A DNA stretch of 64,000 nucleotides from Nitrosopumilaceae archaeon (GTDB lineage: Archaea > Thermoproteota > Nitrososphaeria > Nitrososphaerales > Nitrosopumilaceae): positions 192,001 through 256,000 of the forward strand of contig OZ242365.1 of assembly GCA_965208905.1 (NCBI GenBank). The letters are read 5' to 3'. The notes below the pieces were generated by a model. That model did no database searches and was not told where the DNA came from. It saw only the letters and a list, made by a program, of their open reading frames with translations. Below, one piece after another: positions 50,856 through 60,290 of this stretch. The translations under genes were made by a program, and so were the position numbers. The first letter of the stretch is position 1. Each line of letters begins with the position of its first letter.

Positions 50856-51041
50856 ATGGTAATCGATGTTTATTGTGGAAAGTGCAATACAAAAATAGGA
50901 TCAACAAATATACTAAAGCCCATCAAGCAGATATCTGGAGTCGAAGATGGAAAGTGTCCATCCTGCGGACATAAAGTATCACTGTCAAACTTCACATTGG
51001 ATGTAGTAAAGTCCACCTCCAAGTATGGCTCTCTAGAGTAA
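50856..51041 (+). CDS. small zinc-finger protein
   Basis: CGKC ... CPSCG in 61 aa. Confidence 0.7.
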   Translation: MVIDVYCGKCNTKIGSTNILKPIKQISGVEDGKCPSCGHKVSLSNFTLDVVKSTSKYGSLE

Positions 51042-51191
51042 CATGTGATATAATGGGCCATACATCTCATACACCACACAAGATATCGGCTACATCTAAG
51101 GAATCATCATTTTCTAATGTTATAATAATCACCAATCTCTACAAAATGAGTAGAACCTAACTATTAATTACAACTTTGATGTAACCAGTCC

Positions 51192-53090
51192 ATGGATAAG
51201 TGGGTTGGCGATATGTTTGAAGAGCCAGAGAACGAGTCGGTCATGCCAACCCGGGTCAAAAAGATCTTTTCAGCCATGGACAGTCCCCAGAGATTGAGAA
51301 TTCTTAGGGCACTAAACTCAAAAGGTCCGCTCAGTTATTCAGAGCTTAAAAGACTTGCCGGCTTTCATCCCAAAAGTGAGAGTGGTAAGTTCGCATATCA
51401 TCTGCGCAGCTTGGACAATCCGGGTCTGGTATTGTTGGACAAAAATACCAAACGGTACGACATTACTAATCTAGGAAAGATGTCCATAAGTCTGGTAAAA
51501 CAGATAGAAGAAAAGTCCATTCATGAGTCCAGTCGAATGTACGTGAGAACATCTCATCAGGCCATAGAAGAGTTTAACGCAGATAAGATAATGCGATCCT
51601 TGGTACGTGAGGGGAGTATGCCCATGGATCTTGCGCAGCGCATCACCGAAGAGACGGAGAACCGCATATACAAGTATCAGACATCTCATCTTACAGGGCC
51701 TCTAATTCGAGAGTTGGTGAATGCCGTACTTTTGGAGGGCGGACATGAAGGCTATAGGAGCAAGATGGCCCGGTTGGGCATTCCCGTGCATGATCTACAA
51801 GAGATGCTGACAGATGTCGATAGCGTGATGGCCGGTTTAGAACACATAATGCTAACTGCAGGGCGGCGGGTATTTGTAGAGTATCTACTAACTAATACAT
51901 TGCAGCGAGATGTGGCAGACATGTATCTGTCAGGTGGCATTCACATATCAAATCTGGCTTTATGGCCACTGGCACCAGATACAATATTTCTGAATATCAA
52001 CGACATCATACCGCAGAGTGACATAAAGATATCAAGTCTAGTCAAGATGCTCAACCATGTATTGTGGGAGGCATCCAGTGAAGTTGTAATAGATGGCATA
52101 TCCAATATCGACTCAATATCGCAGTATATGGCAGACACTCTCATCATGATGCACGCACCCCACGGTGCGGCCCACCTGTCACTATATGTACCATTGAACT
52201 CAAAGTCCATACATGGCATATTAGAGGCGTACAAGACCTATGTCAAAAGTGTGGACACTCCCACAGCAGGGCTTGTCATAGATACAAAAGATACCAAGAT
52301 TGCAGAATTTTCAGACATATTATCAGATATTATAAAATGTAACGGAGTCATAACTATTACCAAACAAAAGTCTGGTAAAAGTGGTATCATAGACAGTAAC
52401 GATAAGGGGGCATCAGCAAAGATGCACTCGCTGGCCATAAATCTGCCTAGTTTGGCTTACGAGTCAGAGGGTGATGAGGCGTACTTTCGGGCAAAGTTAG
52501 CAATGAGTATGGAACCCATAATATCAGCATTGGAGTCAAGACGAAAGGATATTGCCGACATTACACGTTGGGGGCTTAATCCGATTCTTGCAGAGAACAT
52601 CATAAAGCAAGAGAAAAGGTCTGTAAATATCACTATCAATTTAGTGGGAATGCATGAGGCCATGACTCACATTTTAGGAGACGATTACCCGCCCAAAATG
52701 GTGCTCAAAGTATTAGAGACTGCCAACCATGTTGTATCAAAGATTAGTGGTAAGACAGGTCTCCCCATACTGATATCCATGATACATGCAGATGGCATCT
52801 CCCGTCTGGTGGAATTAGACGCAAAGAAGTACGGTAAAGACAAGGTGTATAATATGCAGGATGGTAGATATCAGCACGGTGTCAGTATAGATGTACGTCA
52901 GACCATAATACCAGGACAACTAGATCGCATAATATCAAATGCAAAGAAGGCTGCTGCTGTTTTGGGTGGAGGCCTGTACACCGAATTGTCATACCAAAAG
53001 AGTACGCCGCAGTCAGATATCATACGTGGAATAGAGTTGTTATCAGATCATCTCAACTTTACAGTAAAGCTCAAACACGACTCATCTTAA
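51192..53090 (+). CDS. winged-HTH + ATP-cone + degenerate class III ribonucleotide reductase-like protein
   Basis: N-terminal RLRILRAL...LSYSEL...GKFAYHLR.L; ATP cone MYVRTS...EEFNADKI..SL..E; YL...L..DVA...LSG.IHI and SLAINLP.LAYES as in NrdD. Confidence 0.75.
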   Translation: MDKWVGDMFEEPENESVMPTRVKKIFSAMDSPQRLRILRALNSKGPLSYSELKRLAGFHPKSESGKFAYHLRSLDNPGLVLLDKNTKRYDITNLGKMSISLVKQIEEKSIHESSRMYVRTSHQAIEEFNADKIMRSLVREGSMPMDLAQRITEETENRIYKYQTSHLTGPLIRELVNAVLLEGGHEGYRSKMARLGIPVHDLQEMLTDVDSVMAGLEHIMLTAGRRVFVEYLLTNTLQRDVADMYLSGGIHISNLALWPLAPDTIFLNINDIIPQSDIKISSLVKMLNHVLWEASSEVVIDGISNIDSISQYMADTLIMMHAPHGAAHLSLYVPLNSKSIHGILEAYKTYVKSVDTPTAGLVIDTKDTKIAEFSDILSDIIKCNGVITITKQKSGKSGIIDSNDKGASAKMHSLAINLPSLAYESEGDEAYFRAKLAMSMEPIISALESRRKDIADITRWGLNPILAENIIKQEKRSVNITINLVGMHEAMTHILGDDYPPKMVLKVLETANHVVSKISGKTGLPILISMIHADGISRLVELDAKKYGKDKVYNMQDGRYQHGVSIDVRQTIIPGQLDRIISNAKKAAAVLGGGLYTELSYQKSTPQSDIIRGIELLSDHLNFTVKLKHDSS

Positions 53091-53340
53091 AGTCGCGGCG
53101 AGGCTGCTGAAGAGACAGTAGTATCTGTTTTAACTGCTCATCAGTGACAGGGGGACTCAGACGGCCCTGAGTCATCATGGAAAGTAGATAATTTTCGACC
53201 TGTGTGGCCAAATCTGGTCGGACCATGCGAACATTGCCCAATCGTAGACGTGACTCGGGATTAAGGATTCGACGTAATAGTGCATCTTTTTGTGCAGCAG
53301 CTTCATTGGCCTGTTCATCATTAAATTCAGGAGTGCTCAT
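53071..53340 (-). CDS. PDCD5-like DNA-binding protein
   Basis: LRRIL.PE.R.RL.NV.MV.P.LA..VE..L; adjacent to rps19e. Confidence 0.9.
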   Translation of the reverse strand: MSTPEFNDEQANEAAAQKDALLRRILNPESRLRLGNVRMVRPDLATQVENYLLSMMTQGRLSPPVTDEQLKQILLSLQQPRRDFKMSRV

Positions 53341-53342
53341 AT

Positions 53343-53795
53343 CTACATGTATACCCGAAGTTTGGGATTCTCCTGTACCATCTCTTTGAGTATGTCAGTG
53401 GATAGATTGTCTAACTTTTTCATGCCTGCAGAGGTTACGACACGTCCCCTCTTATCTATCGCCTCTACCAAGCCCAACTTCTCCAAACCATGTACGGCAT
53501 TGCGAATTATGGCACCACCACCAGCGCGGTGATGTGCGGCTCCATATCCAGACGGCTTTCCGCCTCCGTACTCTTTGCGCAACCTGCTAATTCCAACAGG
53601 GCCCTCCAAGTATATCTTGCGCAGAATAGATGCGCAACGGGTGTACCACCAGTCTTTTTGATGGGGCGGTCTGTCAGCATGTACTCCAGTCTTTACAAAT
53701 ATCGTCCATTCGGGCTTCTCTATACCACTATCCTGCAGGTATTGTGCTGTACGTGTGATGAGCTCGTGTGGCGGTACATCATATACTTTTGCCAT
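53343..53795 (-). CDS. rps19e: 30S ribosomal protein S19e
   Basis: VYDVP, PEW..FVKTG, WWYTR.ASILRK.Y..GPVG...L...YGG. Confidence 0.97.
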   Translation of the reverse strand: MAKVYDVPPHELITRTAQYLQDSGIEKPEWTIFVKTGVHADRPPHQKDWWYTRCASILRKIYLEGPVGISRLRKEYGGGKPSGYGAAHHRAGGGAIIRNAVHGLEKLGLVEAIDKRGRVVTSAGMKKLDNLSTDILKEMVQENPKLRVYM

Positions 53796-53930
53796 ATTTT
53801 TTTATTTTCTTGTCTATTTATAAATCATAATTGAGCAGAAGAGCGTTTTATAATTTATCACCTTGGTCAACACCACCTAACTTTCAACGTATCAAAGTCA
53901 TACAAGTTGTGATGACGTAATAGATATCTC

Positions 53931-54512
53931 TTGATTATGCGCACTCCCCTAGGACACATCTTTGTATATGAAGACAGGTATATAATTCCCCCATACACCA
54001 CATGTACAGTGTATATTGTATCTGTGTTGTTGTGTATTTGTATTATATTGGTAGCAGGAGATGCATATGCGCACTCTCTATTCAACTCTGCTGAAGAGTT
54101 CTATGGTGGATATAGGGTACAAGTAGCAACAACTCCTGAATTTCCCCAGATAGACGAGATCTCGACAATTCTAATCCGTGTGACAGACGAAGACTTTGAG
54201 GAGGTTGATAGCTTCACCATGGGTCTGCGATTCTTTTATAATGATCTACAAGTAGATGCTGTGCCGCCCCAGAGCCACCAGGGAGGACACTGGGATATCG
54301 ACTACATCTGGAAGAAAGAGGGAAATCACATAGTGATGGTGGATATGTATAGTGTGAATGGAGATAGCACAGACATATTGACATATACGTTCAACATGGG
54401 AACTCAGAGTCCGTTTGGATATATCTTCATATCCGCCATAACCGTGGGCGCCCTTACATTTACAGGAATAATGACATACATCTATCTTCCAAAGATACTG
54501 CGGCGCCGTTGA
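53931..54512 (+). CDS. membrane-anchored hypothetical protein
   Basis: Leader ending AYAH, Ig-like body, C-terminal TM. True start uncertain. Confidence 0.7.
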   Translation: MIMRTPLGHIFVYEDRYIIPPYTTCTVYIVSVLLCICIILVAGDAYAHSLFNSAEEFYGGYRVQVATTPEFPQIDEISTILIRVTDEDFEEVDSFTMGLRFFYNDLQVDAVPPQSHQGGHWDIDYIWKKEGNHIVMVDMYSVNGDSTDILTYTFNMGTQSPFGYIFISAITVGALTFTGIMTYIYLPKILRRR

Positions 54513-54673
54513 ATTTGGCATTTCTGTATAGACAGCCCAAGTATCATCTATAGTATAGAAGGAGTATACGTTAATGTCCAAAGGCATACACCATACAGAA
54601 TAGTTGGATGCCTGTGACGGTTGGCTGCTTACCACCCTACCTATATGATATCATAGTACAGTAGTTTCAAGAG

Positions 54674-55117
54674 TTATGTGTGCGCAGGCATCTCTATCTT
54701 TGATATGCGAAACGCAAAGAGGGTGGTTAATAGCACCATTGAAAACAACAGTATGCCTATACCCAGATGTATGGCGACTAGTACGGCGTGCAGATTCATA
54801 TCGATTACCAAGGCACCTAGTGTTATCTGAGTAACAACAAAGGCGGATGCCAAAGAGCTGGTCAGTTTTATCTTCAGGTCGGCACGCTTGTTCATGTATG
54901 ATGCGACCATTGTAGCAAGTACCAATGCACCCGTAGTGGCAGCTATCAGGCGATGCACCCATTCTATGAGATACTCTTCAGATGGCATCACGCCATTAGG
55001 ACACAGTGGCCACTCCGGGCAGGTCAAGCCCAAGCCAGCAGCAGAGATGTACCCGCCAATAAACATCAGCGAATAGAGTACTATCATTGTACATAATGCT
55101 AGATACTGTATAGCCAA
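54674..55117 (-). CDS. ctaA: heme A synthase (short COX15/CtaA)
   Basis: GL.CPEWPLC, EW.HR, Q..LG...V..H. Confidence 0.88.
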   Translation of the reverse strand: MAIQYLALCTMIVLYSLMFIGGYISAAGLGLTCPEWPLCPNGVMPSEEYLIEWVHRLIAATTGALVLATMVASYMNKRADLKIKLTSSLASAFVVTQITLGALVIDMNLHAVLVAIHLGIGILLFSMVLLTTLFAFRISKIEMPAHT

Positions 55118-55121
55118 GATA

Positions 55122-56072
55122 CTATTCCACTATGAAGGTCCCTTGCATGCCTTGTAGTGCATGGCCAGGAACTGTACATATGTAATAGTAGGTTCCAGGC
55201 GTATCTGCCACAAAGTTTACCTGACCGCTCTGACCTCCAGTCAGGGGTATATTTGCGGAACCTATTGCAGAGTCCCACATTATGGAATTAAAGTTTGCGG
55301 GATCCCGTACTATCGCAAATGAATGGAACGATATTCCTTGGTTTGTAGAAGAGATATTCACCTCATCTCCAGCGGTTACACGAATTTCAGGGTTTGCTCC
55401 TTCTGTACCGGGAACAGCAGAGAATGCAAACGTCAAAAAGTCATCGGACTCGTAAAAGTCCAGTGTAAAGTCATGGACAGTTCCAGTGGGCTCTACGGCA
55501 GATTCCTCTTGGCCGGCCGCACCAACAATTATCTCACCTACCATTCCCTGTTCGCGGTGACCAGGAACAGTACAGAGATAGTAGTAAGTACCTTCGCTAG
55601 GTGGTATGAACTCGGATGTGCCTGACTGGCCGTTTGTTAGGGGGTTCATTGCAGTTCCTATCTCAGAGCCTGGAAATATTCCTTCAGTACCACTCTCTTC
55701 GGCAGTAACACCAAAGGAGTGAAATGATATACCCTCACTGACTACGTTGAACACAATCTTGTCGCCTACTTGAGCGTTGATCGTCGGATTTGCGCCAGGT
55801 TCACCTAGTACCTCATTAAATGAAAAGTCTCTAAAGTCTGCAGACTCTACAAATACCAGATCTACCGTAAGTAGACTGCCGGTGAAGGAGCCCAACTCTT
55901 GCTCAACGGCCTCGCTCATTATTGCCACTATGGGAGGAGCTTCAGATATCCAATAGTCCCATAGTCCAAAGAATATACCGCCACCAGATATGCAGATGCC
56001 CAGCATTATGGCCATCATCTTGGCGGTCCTAGCAGGACTCGTTCTCATTATTGGTGTGTCTTCATTTACCAT
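55122..56072 (-). CDS. membrane-anchored blue copper protein with two cupredoxin domains
   Basis: Two copies of HSF ... YYY.CTVPGH..QGM.G. Confidence 0.92.
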   Translation of the reverse strand: MVNEDTPIMRTSPARTAKMMAIMLGICISGGGIFFGLWDYWISEAPPIVAIMSEAVEQELGSFTGSLLTVDLVFVESADFRDFSFNEVLGEPGANPTINAQVGDKIVFNVVSEGISFHSFGVTAEESGTEGIFPGSEIGTAMNPLTNGQSGTSEFIPPSEGTYYYLCTVPGHREQGMVGEIIVGAAGQEESAVEPTGTVHDFTLDFYESDDFLTFAFSAVPGTEGANPEIRVTAGDEVNISSTNQGISFHSFAIVRDPANFNSIMWDSAIGSANIPLTGGQSGQVNFVADTPGTYYYICTVPGHALQGMQGTFIVE

Positions 56073-56082
56073 ATCTTATCAC

Positions 56083-57609
56083 CTAATGATGTGGGTTCTT
56101 TTGGGTATGCGGATAGTAGTAGCGGCCACCCAACCCAAATGGATCCTCCATATTTGCCTCTGGTCCTTTTGCAGAACTATATATCATATTACCCAACCAA
56201 ATGGCCATGCTGATTCCAATGAGCATGGCGCCAACTGTAGCTATCTGATTCATGGCAATCCACTCAGGTATAGGTGGATAGTCGTATATGCGTCTGGGCA
56301 TTCCGTATAGTCCTAGTACATGTTGTGTAAAGAATACCATTACAGTTCCTATCATGGCCAACACAAAGTGTATCTTGCCCAATACTTCGTGATACATACG
56401 GCCAGTCACGTATGGGAACATGTAGTATACATATCCTATTGTGCCAAATGCAATAGTTCCCATTACAAAGAGATGGAAGTGGCCCACCACCCAATAAGAG
56501 TCGTGCGTAACAAAGTCCAAGGGCATGGCGCTGTTTACCACACCACCAGCTCCAGCCGAGAAGAAGAGTGCAATTCCACCTACAGCCCACATCATGGGTG
56601 TGGAGAATCGTATACGACCACCCCACATGGTAGCGAGGAAGTTAAAGACATGCATTGCCGATGCTGGAACCGCCGCCAGTGTACCCACCATAAAGACAGT
56701 CTTCTCTGTGAATGACATGCCAGTGGCATACATGTGGTGCGCCCAAGACGAGAATCCCACTATGGCCAGTATTATAAAGGCGGCCAGTCCTGAGGCATGA
56801 CTAAAGATGGGTTTGCGGGAGAAGCGAGGGATTATCTCATACATCATGCCTATGGCAGGTATGACCAGTACATACACTTCAGGGTGGAATGTAAACCAAA
56901 AGAGGTGTGCGTATGCGATGGGGTCGCCACCCATGGCAGGATTAAAGAATCCCGAGACGCCCAACCTGTCTGTAAGCAACATAAGTAGTGCAGCAGCAAA
57001 TGTTGGGAGTGCCACTAGTATTATCAAGGATGATGAGAGAAATGACCATGCCAATAACGGAACCTGACCTAGCGACATGTCTGGGTGTTTGCACTTCATT
57101 ATAGTTACAACAAAGTTGATGGCTCCCAGTATGGAGGAGACTCCCAGTATCTTTAGGCCGAATATCCACATGTCTGCGGCAGGACCTGGTGCGCTGATTA
57201 TAGAGTAGGGTGGCGTGGCATACCAAGTAAAGTCGGCAAACCCTAGCCATATCAAGGCCCCTCCTGGAGGAATCATCCAAAAGGCTATGGCGTTTAGTTT
57301 TGGATACGCCATATCCTTGTAGCGTACCATTATTGGAACAAAGTAGTTTCCCACCGCCGATGCCGAAGGCAATATGAACAGAAATATCAATGTGGTGCCG
57401 TGTACTGTAAACATACGGTTGAACGTCATGGAGTCGGCGATAATCTGTGAGCCCGGAAAGAAGAGCTCCGCTCGGATGGCCAGCGCCAATGCGCCTCCCA
57501 AAAACAGAAATCCCAAAGACATTATCAGGTATAGAAGGCCCACATCTGTGTGGTGTGTTGAGAACATTATCTGCCAGATGGGTCGTGGTTTGTGCAGTTC
57601 CAGTACCAT
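56083..57609 (-). CDS. coxA: heme-copper oxidase subunit I
   Basis: FTVHG, FWFTFHPEVY, WAHHM, VVGHFH, GMPRR. Confidence 0.97.
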   Translation of the reverse strand: MVLELHKPRPIWQIMFSTHHTDVGLLYLIMSLGFLFLGGALALAIRAELFFPGSQIIADSMTFNRMFTVHGTTLIFLFILPSASAVGNYFVPIMVRYKDMAYPKLNAIAFWMIPPGGALIWLGFADFTWYATPPYSIISAPGPAADMWIFGLKILGVSSILGAINFVVTIMKCKHPDMSLGQVPLLAWSFLSSSLIILVALPTFAAALLMLLTDRLGVSGFFNPAMGGDPIAYAHLFWFTFHPEVYVLVIPAIGMMYEIIPRFSRKPIFSHASGLAAFIILAIVGFSSWAHHMYATGMSFTEKTVFMVGTLAAVPASAMHVFNFLATMWGGRIRFSTPMMWAVGGIALFFSAGAGGVVNSAMPLDFVTHDSYWVVGHFHLFVMGTIAFGTIGYVYYMFPYVTGRMYHEVLGKIHFVLAMIGTVMVFFTQHVLGLYGMPRRIYDYPPIPEWIAMNQIATVGAMLIGISMAIWLGNMIYSSAKGPEANMEDPFGLGGRYYYPHTQKNPHH

Positions 57610-57645
57610 GTTATGTAATCCCTCCATGCACGGTTAAAATTCTTT

Positions 57646-58077
57646 TCAAGATGGGTCCTCCACGTATAGTTTTCCTCGCATGTTATAGTGAATTAGACCG
57701 CAGTATTCACGGCACTGAATATCGTACTCCCCAGCTTCGGTGGGAGAGAACCATACAGTGTTAATACGACCAGGCACGGCATCCAACAACACCACATAAT
57801 CATGTATGTTAAATGAGTGATTTACATCAGTCGATGTTATCTCAAATTTGTACGCCTTGCCGGTCTCCAGATGTAGTTCGCCCACCTCCTTTGTACCATC
57901 TTCATGCTCAAATGTCCAGAACCACTGCTGGCCGACCACTTTAATTATCTCAGCGTCTTCGGGTACATGCTCCACCAATCGCTCCACATTCCAGGCTTCA
58001 GCTCCCACCCAACAGAGTAGAGCTACCACGACTCCTATGTACACCCACTCAGGCCAGCTAGAATGTTCATCAGACAT
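57646..58077 (-). CDS. coxB: heme-copper oxidase subunit II (CuA domain)
   Basis: GQQWFW.F, DVNHSF, DAVPG, CREYCGLIHYNM. Confidence 0.94.
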   Translation of the reverse strand: MSDEHSSWPEWVYIGVVVALLCWVGAEAWNVERLVEHVPEDAEIIKVVGQQWFWTFEHEDGTKEVGELHLETGKAYKFEITSTDVNHSFNIHDYVVLLDAVPGRINTVWFSPTEAGEYDIQCREYCGLIHYNMRGKLYVEDPS

Positions 58078-58078
58078 A

Positions 58079-58330
58079 CTACCAATCAGTCCCCTCATAT
58101 TTGGTTGGTTTTGCATTTGGGTGAGACTCTCTGAATCTCCATATCAGCCATATTATTGTACCAGATACAACAGCCCCTATTGTAATTGCAACCACCATCA
58201 TTCTAAAGAATAGATTCCATATCTCAACACGACGATCAAGATACTCGCCGGGTTCGGCGGTGGCAGCAAACGCCACATTAACTGTAAACATAACCGCCAT
58301 CATAACTAAAGCTCCAATAATGTATCGCAT
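58079..58330 (-). CDS. small membrane protein resembling the N-terminal TM part of oxidase subunit II
   Basis: IWNLF..MMVVAI.IG.VV......IWRFR; first gene of the cox cluster. Confidence 0.75.
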   Translation of the reverse strand: MRYIIGALVMMAVMFTVNVAFAATAEPGEYLDRRVEIWNLFFRMMVVAITIGAVVSGTIIWLIWRFRESHPNAKPTKYEGTDW

Positions 58331-58604
58331 TCCCTATTCACGATTCTATTAGGAATTCTATTTAATGGTTTACAGGGGTATGTCCTACTAGTATAAAGCT
58401 CCCGGAGTTTCCCCCGGCGACCTTATATCAGTAGCATAATTGGATACATCCAGGCGGTCGTCCAGAGATGGTGACTCATCACCCACATAAAGCAAGCTCC
58501 TCGCCTCCCCTTTAGGCCGCCGCCCTTCACCGTCGCATGGAAACCACAAGACGATACAGTCCAACAATTGTTGAACGCACTGCTCCCAATCCCAGTCTTA
58601 GTCA

Positions 58605-60075
58605 TGGGCTGTGACGTTATCTGCGCGTGTCCCAAGACAGCGCGTTTGACAACCCGTCGTATAGTTGAGTAGACAAATCTCCTGAATACACCGCTTAAAT
58701 ACCACCGAACTCATTGTATAATATGAAGTACAAAGACGAAAAGTACGTCATAAAGACTCTACAGTACCGTCTTAAGATATCCACCAGACTCACTCGATAC
58801 TTTAACTCAATGTATTCGGAATCCCACATATGGCTCAATGCAGGAATAAGGGCGCGTAAGGCTGGACTGACGGTGTTTGACACCAATAAGATAGCCACTA
58901 TATGCCAGACCATCCCCCAGGCCTGGGTTCGCGGCGCCATACGTGAAGGCCACAAGATAGAAGGCTGTACGCATGTAAGATATGGTAGGAAGGTTTACCC
59001 CCTGTTTAGTAACGTGCCACTCGGTAAAAAATCCAAAGGTACAACGGTGTATTTCCCAAGATGTAATATACCATTCAAACTACAGAAAGGGCATCTACCC
59101 AATACATCCCAATCATATAAGATAGTGGATGTCACGAACACTACAGACAAGGAGAGGCAGTTCGAACTACATGTAACTATACGTGAGCATGTCCCGGACC
59201 GCGTAGCGACGGGTGTACATGCTGGTATTGATATGGGTGGTAAGCACACGCTTGTTGTTGGAAAGTCCGATGGTAGTATTGCCATGCTGACATTACGTGA
59301 GAAGGATACTATACGGAACATAGCGCGTATGCAAAAGAAGATGAGTAGGTGCAAACTTCACTCCCGCAAGTGGCGCAACCTGCATGATACATTAAACAGC
59401 ATATACCGTAAGTTGGGAAATAGACAGAAAGACAAGCTGCGCAAGTTCTCAAAGAAACTAATGCGGCAGTGTGATAGAATAATCATGGAGGGGATGAACC
59501 TCCGTACAATGACGACCAAGGGTCCCGGGCAGACGCCCAAAAATCGTACGATGCGACAAAGTCATTGTGGTGAGGCGCGGGAGCACATTTCACAACAATA
59601 CCTACGATATAATGTAGAATATACGGAGATAAACCCAAAGAATACCTCAAAGCAGTGCTGTATGTGCGGTAGTTTGAATACGTGGCGCAAGAGCAGTAAG
59701 TTTAGGTGTCATAACTGCGGTATAGTGTGTCATGCGGACATCAATGCGGCATTCAACATACTTTTCGCTTTTCGTATTATACAGTGGAGTAAGCGCGCTC
59801 AGGGCGTTTATTCCCTACAAAACAAGGCTGGAATGGTCTTGAGAGGAAAGATACATCTCGCGACACTTACTATACCCAGTGTCGTTGGTGATGTGATGGC
59901 CGGTACAGGCTGTCACCAGGCTAGGCGTCAAAACCCGGCTGACAATGAACGTCTCTTGGAAACTCCTCTGGATGGTAATTTGCCAACATTTGTTGTACTG
60001 GGCGCAGGCCCAACTGTATAGCAGCTGTATTGAGTACGCGCATGTATGGACACGCGCAGATAACGTCACAGCCCA
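58605..60075. mobile_element. 1471-bp non-autonomous TIR element carrying only tnpB
   Basis: Perfect 28-bp TIR TGGGCTGTGACGTTATCTGCGCGTGTCC (58605-32 / 60048-75); 8-bp TSD CTTAGTCA (58597-604) vs CTTGGTCA (60076-83), one mismatch. Confidence 0.9.
58723..60021 (+). CDS. tnpB: TnpB-family RNA-guided endonuclease
   Basis: KTLQYRL N-terminus, RuvC-I AGIDMG, RuvC-II IIMEGMN, INPKNTSKQCCMCG...FRCHNCG, RuvC-III HADINAAFNI; CTTAAATA box at 58694-58701. Confidence 0.93.
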   Translation: MKYKDEKYVIKTLQYRLKISTRLTRYFNSMYSESHIWLNAGIRARKAGLTVFDTNKIATICQTIPQAWVRGAIREGHKIEGCTHVRYGRKVYPLFSNVPLGKKSKGTTVYFPRCNIPFKLQKGHLPNTSQSYKIVDVTNTTDKERQFELHVTIREHVPDRVATGVHAGIDMGGKHTLVVGKSDGSIAMLTLREKDTIRNIARMQKKMSRCKLHSRKWRNLHDTLNSIYRKLGNRQKDKLRKFSKKLMRQCDRIIMEGMNLRTMTTKGPGQTPKNRTMRQSHCGEAREHISQQYLRYNVEYTEINPKNTSKQCCMCGSLNTWRKSSKFRCHNCGIVCHADINAAFNILFAFRIIQWSKRAQGVYSLQNKAGMVLRGKIHLATLTIPSVVGDVMAGTGCHQARRQNPADNERLLETPLDGNLPTFVVLGAGPTV

Positions 60076-60290
60076 CTTGGTCATATGACATGAGTCTATA
60101 AGATGCCTTGTGGCTTTGCAGTACTTTGGTGAAGTGTTATTAACTATTTTGCTTCATTGGTTGTCAAAGATGAGGTGTGCAGCCAAATGCTCTATACGTA
60201 ACAGTACAACAGACAAAATAACAGATAGTTTAGAGGATACCTTTGTACAACAAAGAGACTACATCTACAATACCAACGAGTTGCCCTAGA

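Noticed and set aside
57646-58330. Oxidase subunit II apparently split in two (frameshift?)
   Set aside because: Both ORFs have clean starts and stops; a separate small gene before a short coxB is, to my knowledge, the normal AOA arrangement.
58490-58535. AAGCTCCTCGCCTCCCCTTTAGGCCG resembling an IS605 end hairpin left of element 2
   Set aside because: Does not form a convincing stem, has no partner end, and lies outside the TSD.
47460-60240. Type V CRISPR (Cas12f) interpretation of the RuvC proteins
   Set aside because: No repeat-spacer array or cas1/cas2/cas4 is visible; both genes lie within TIR/TSD elements.
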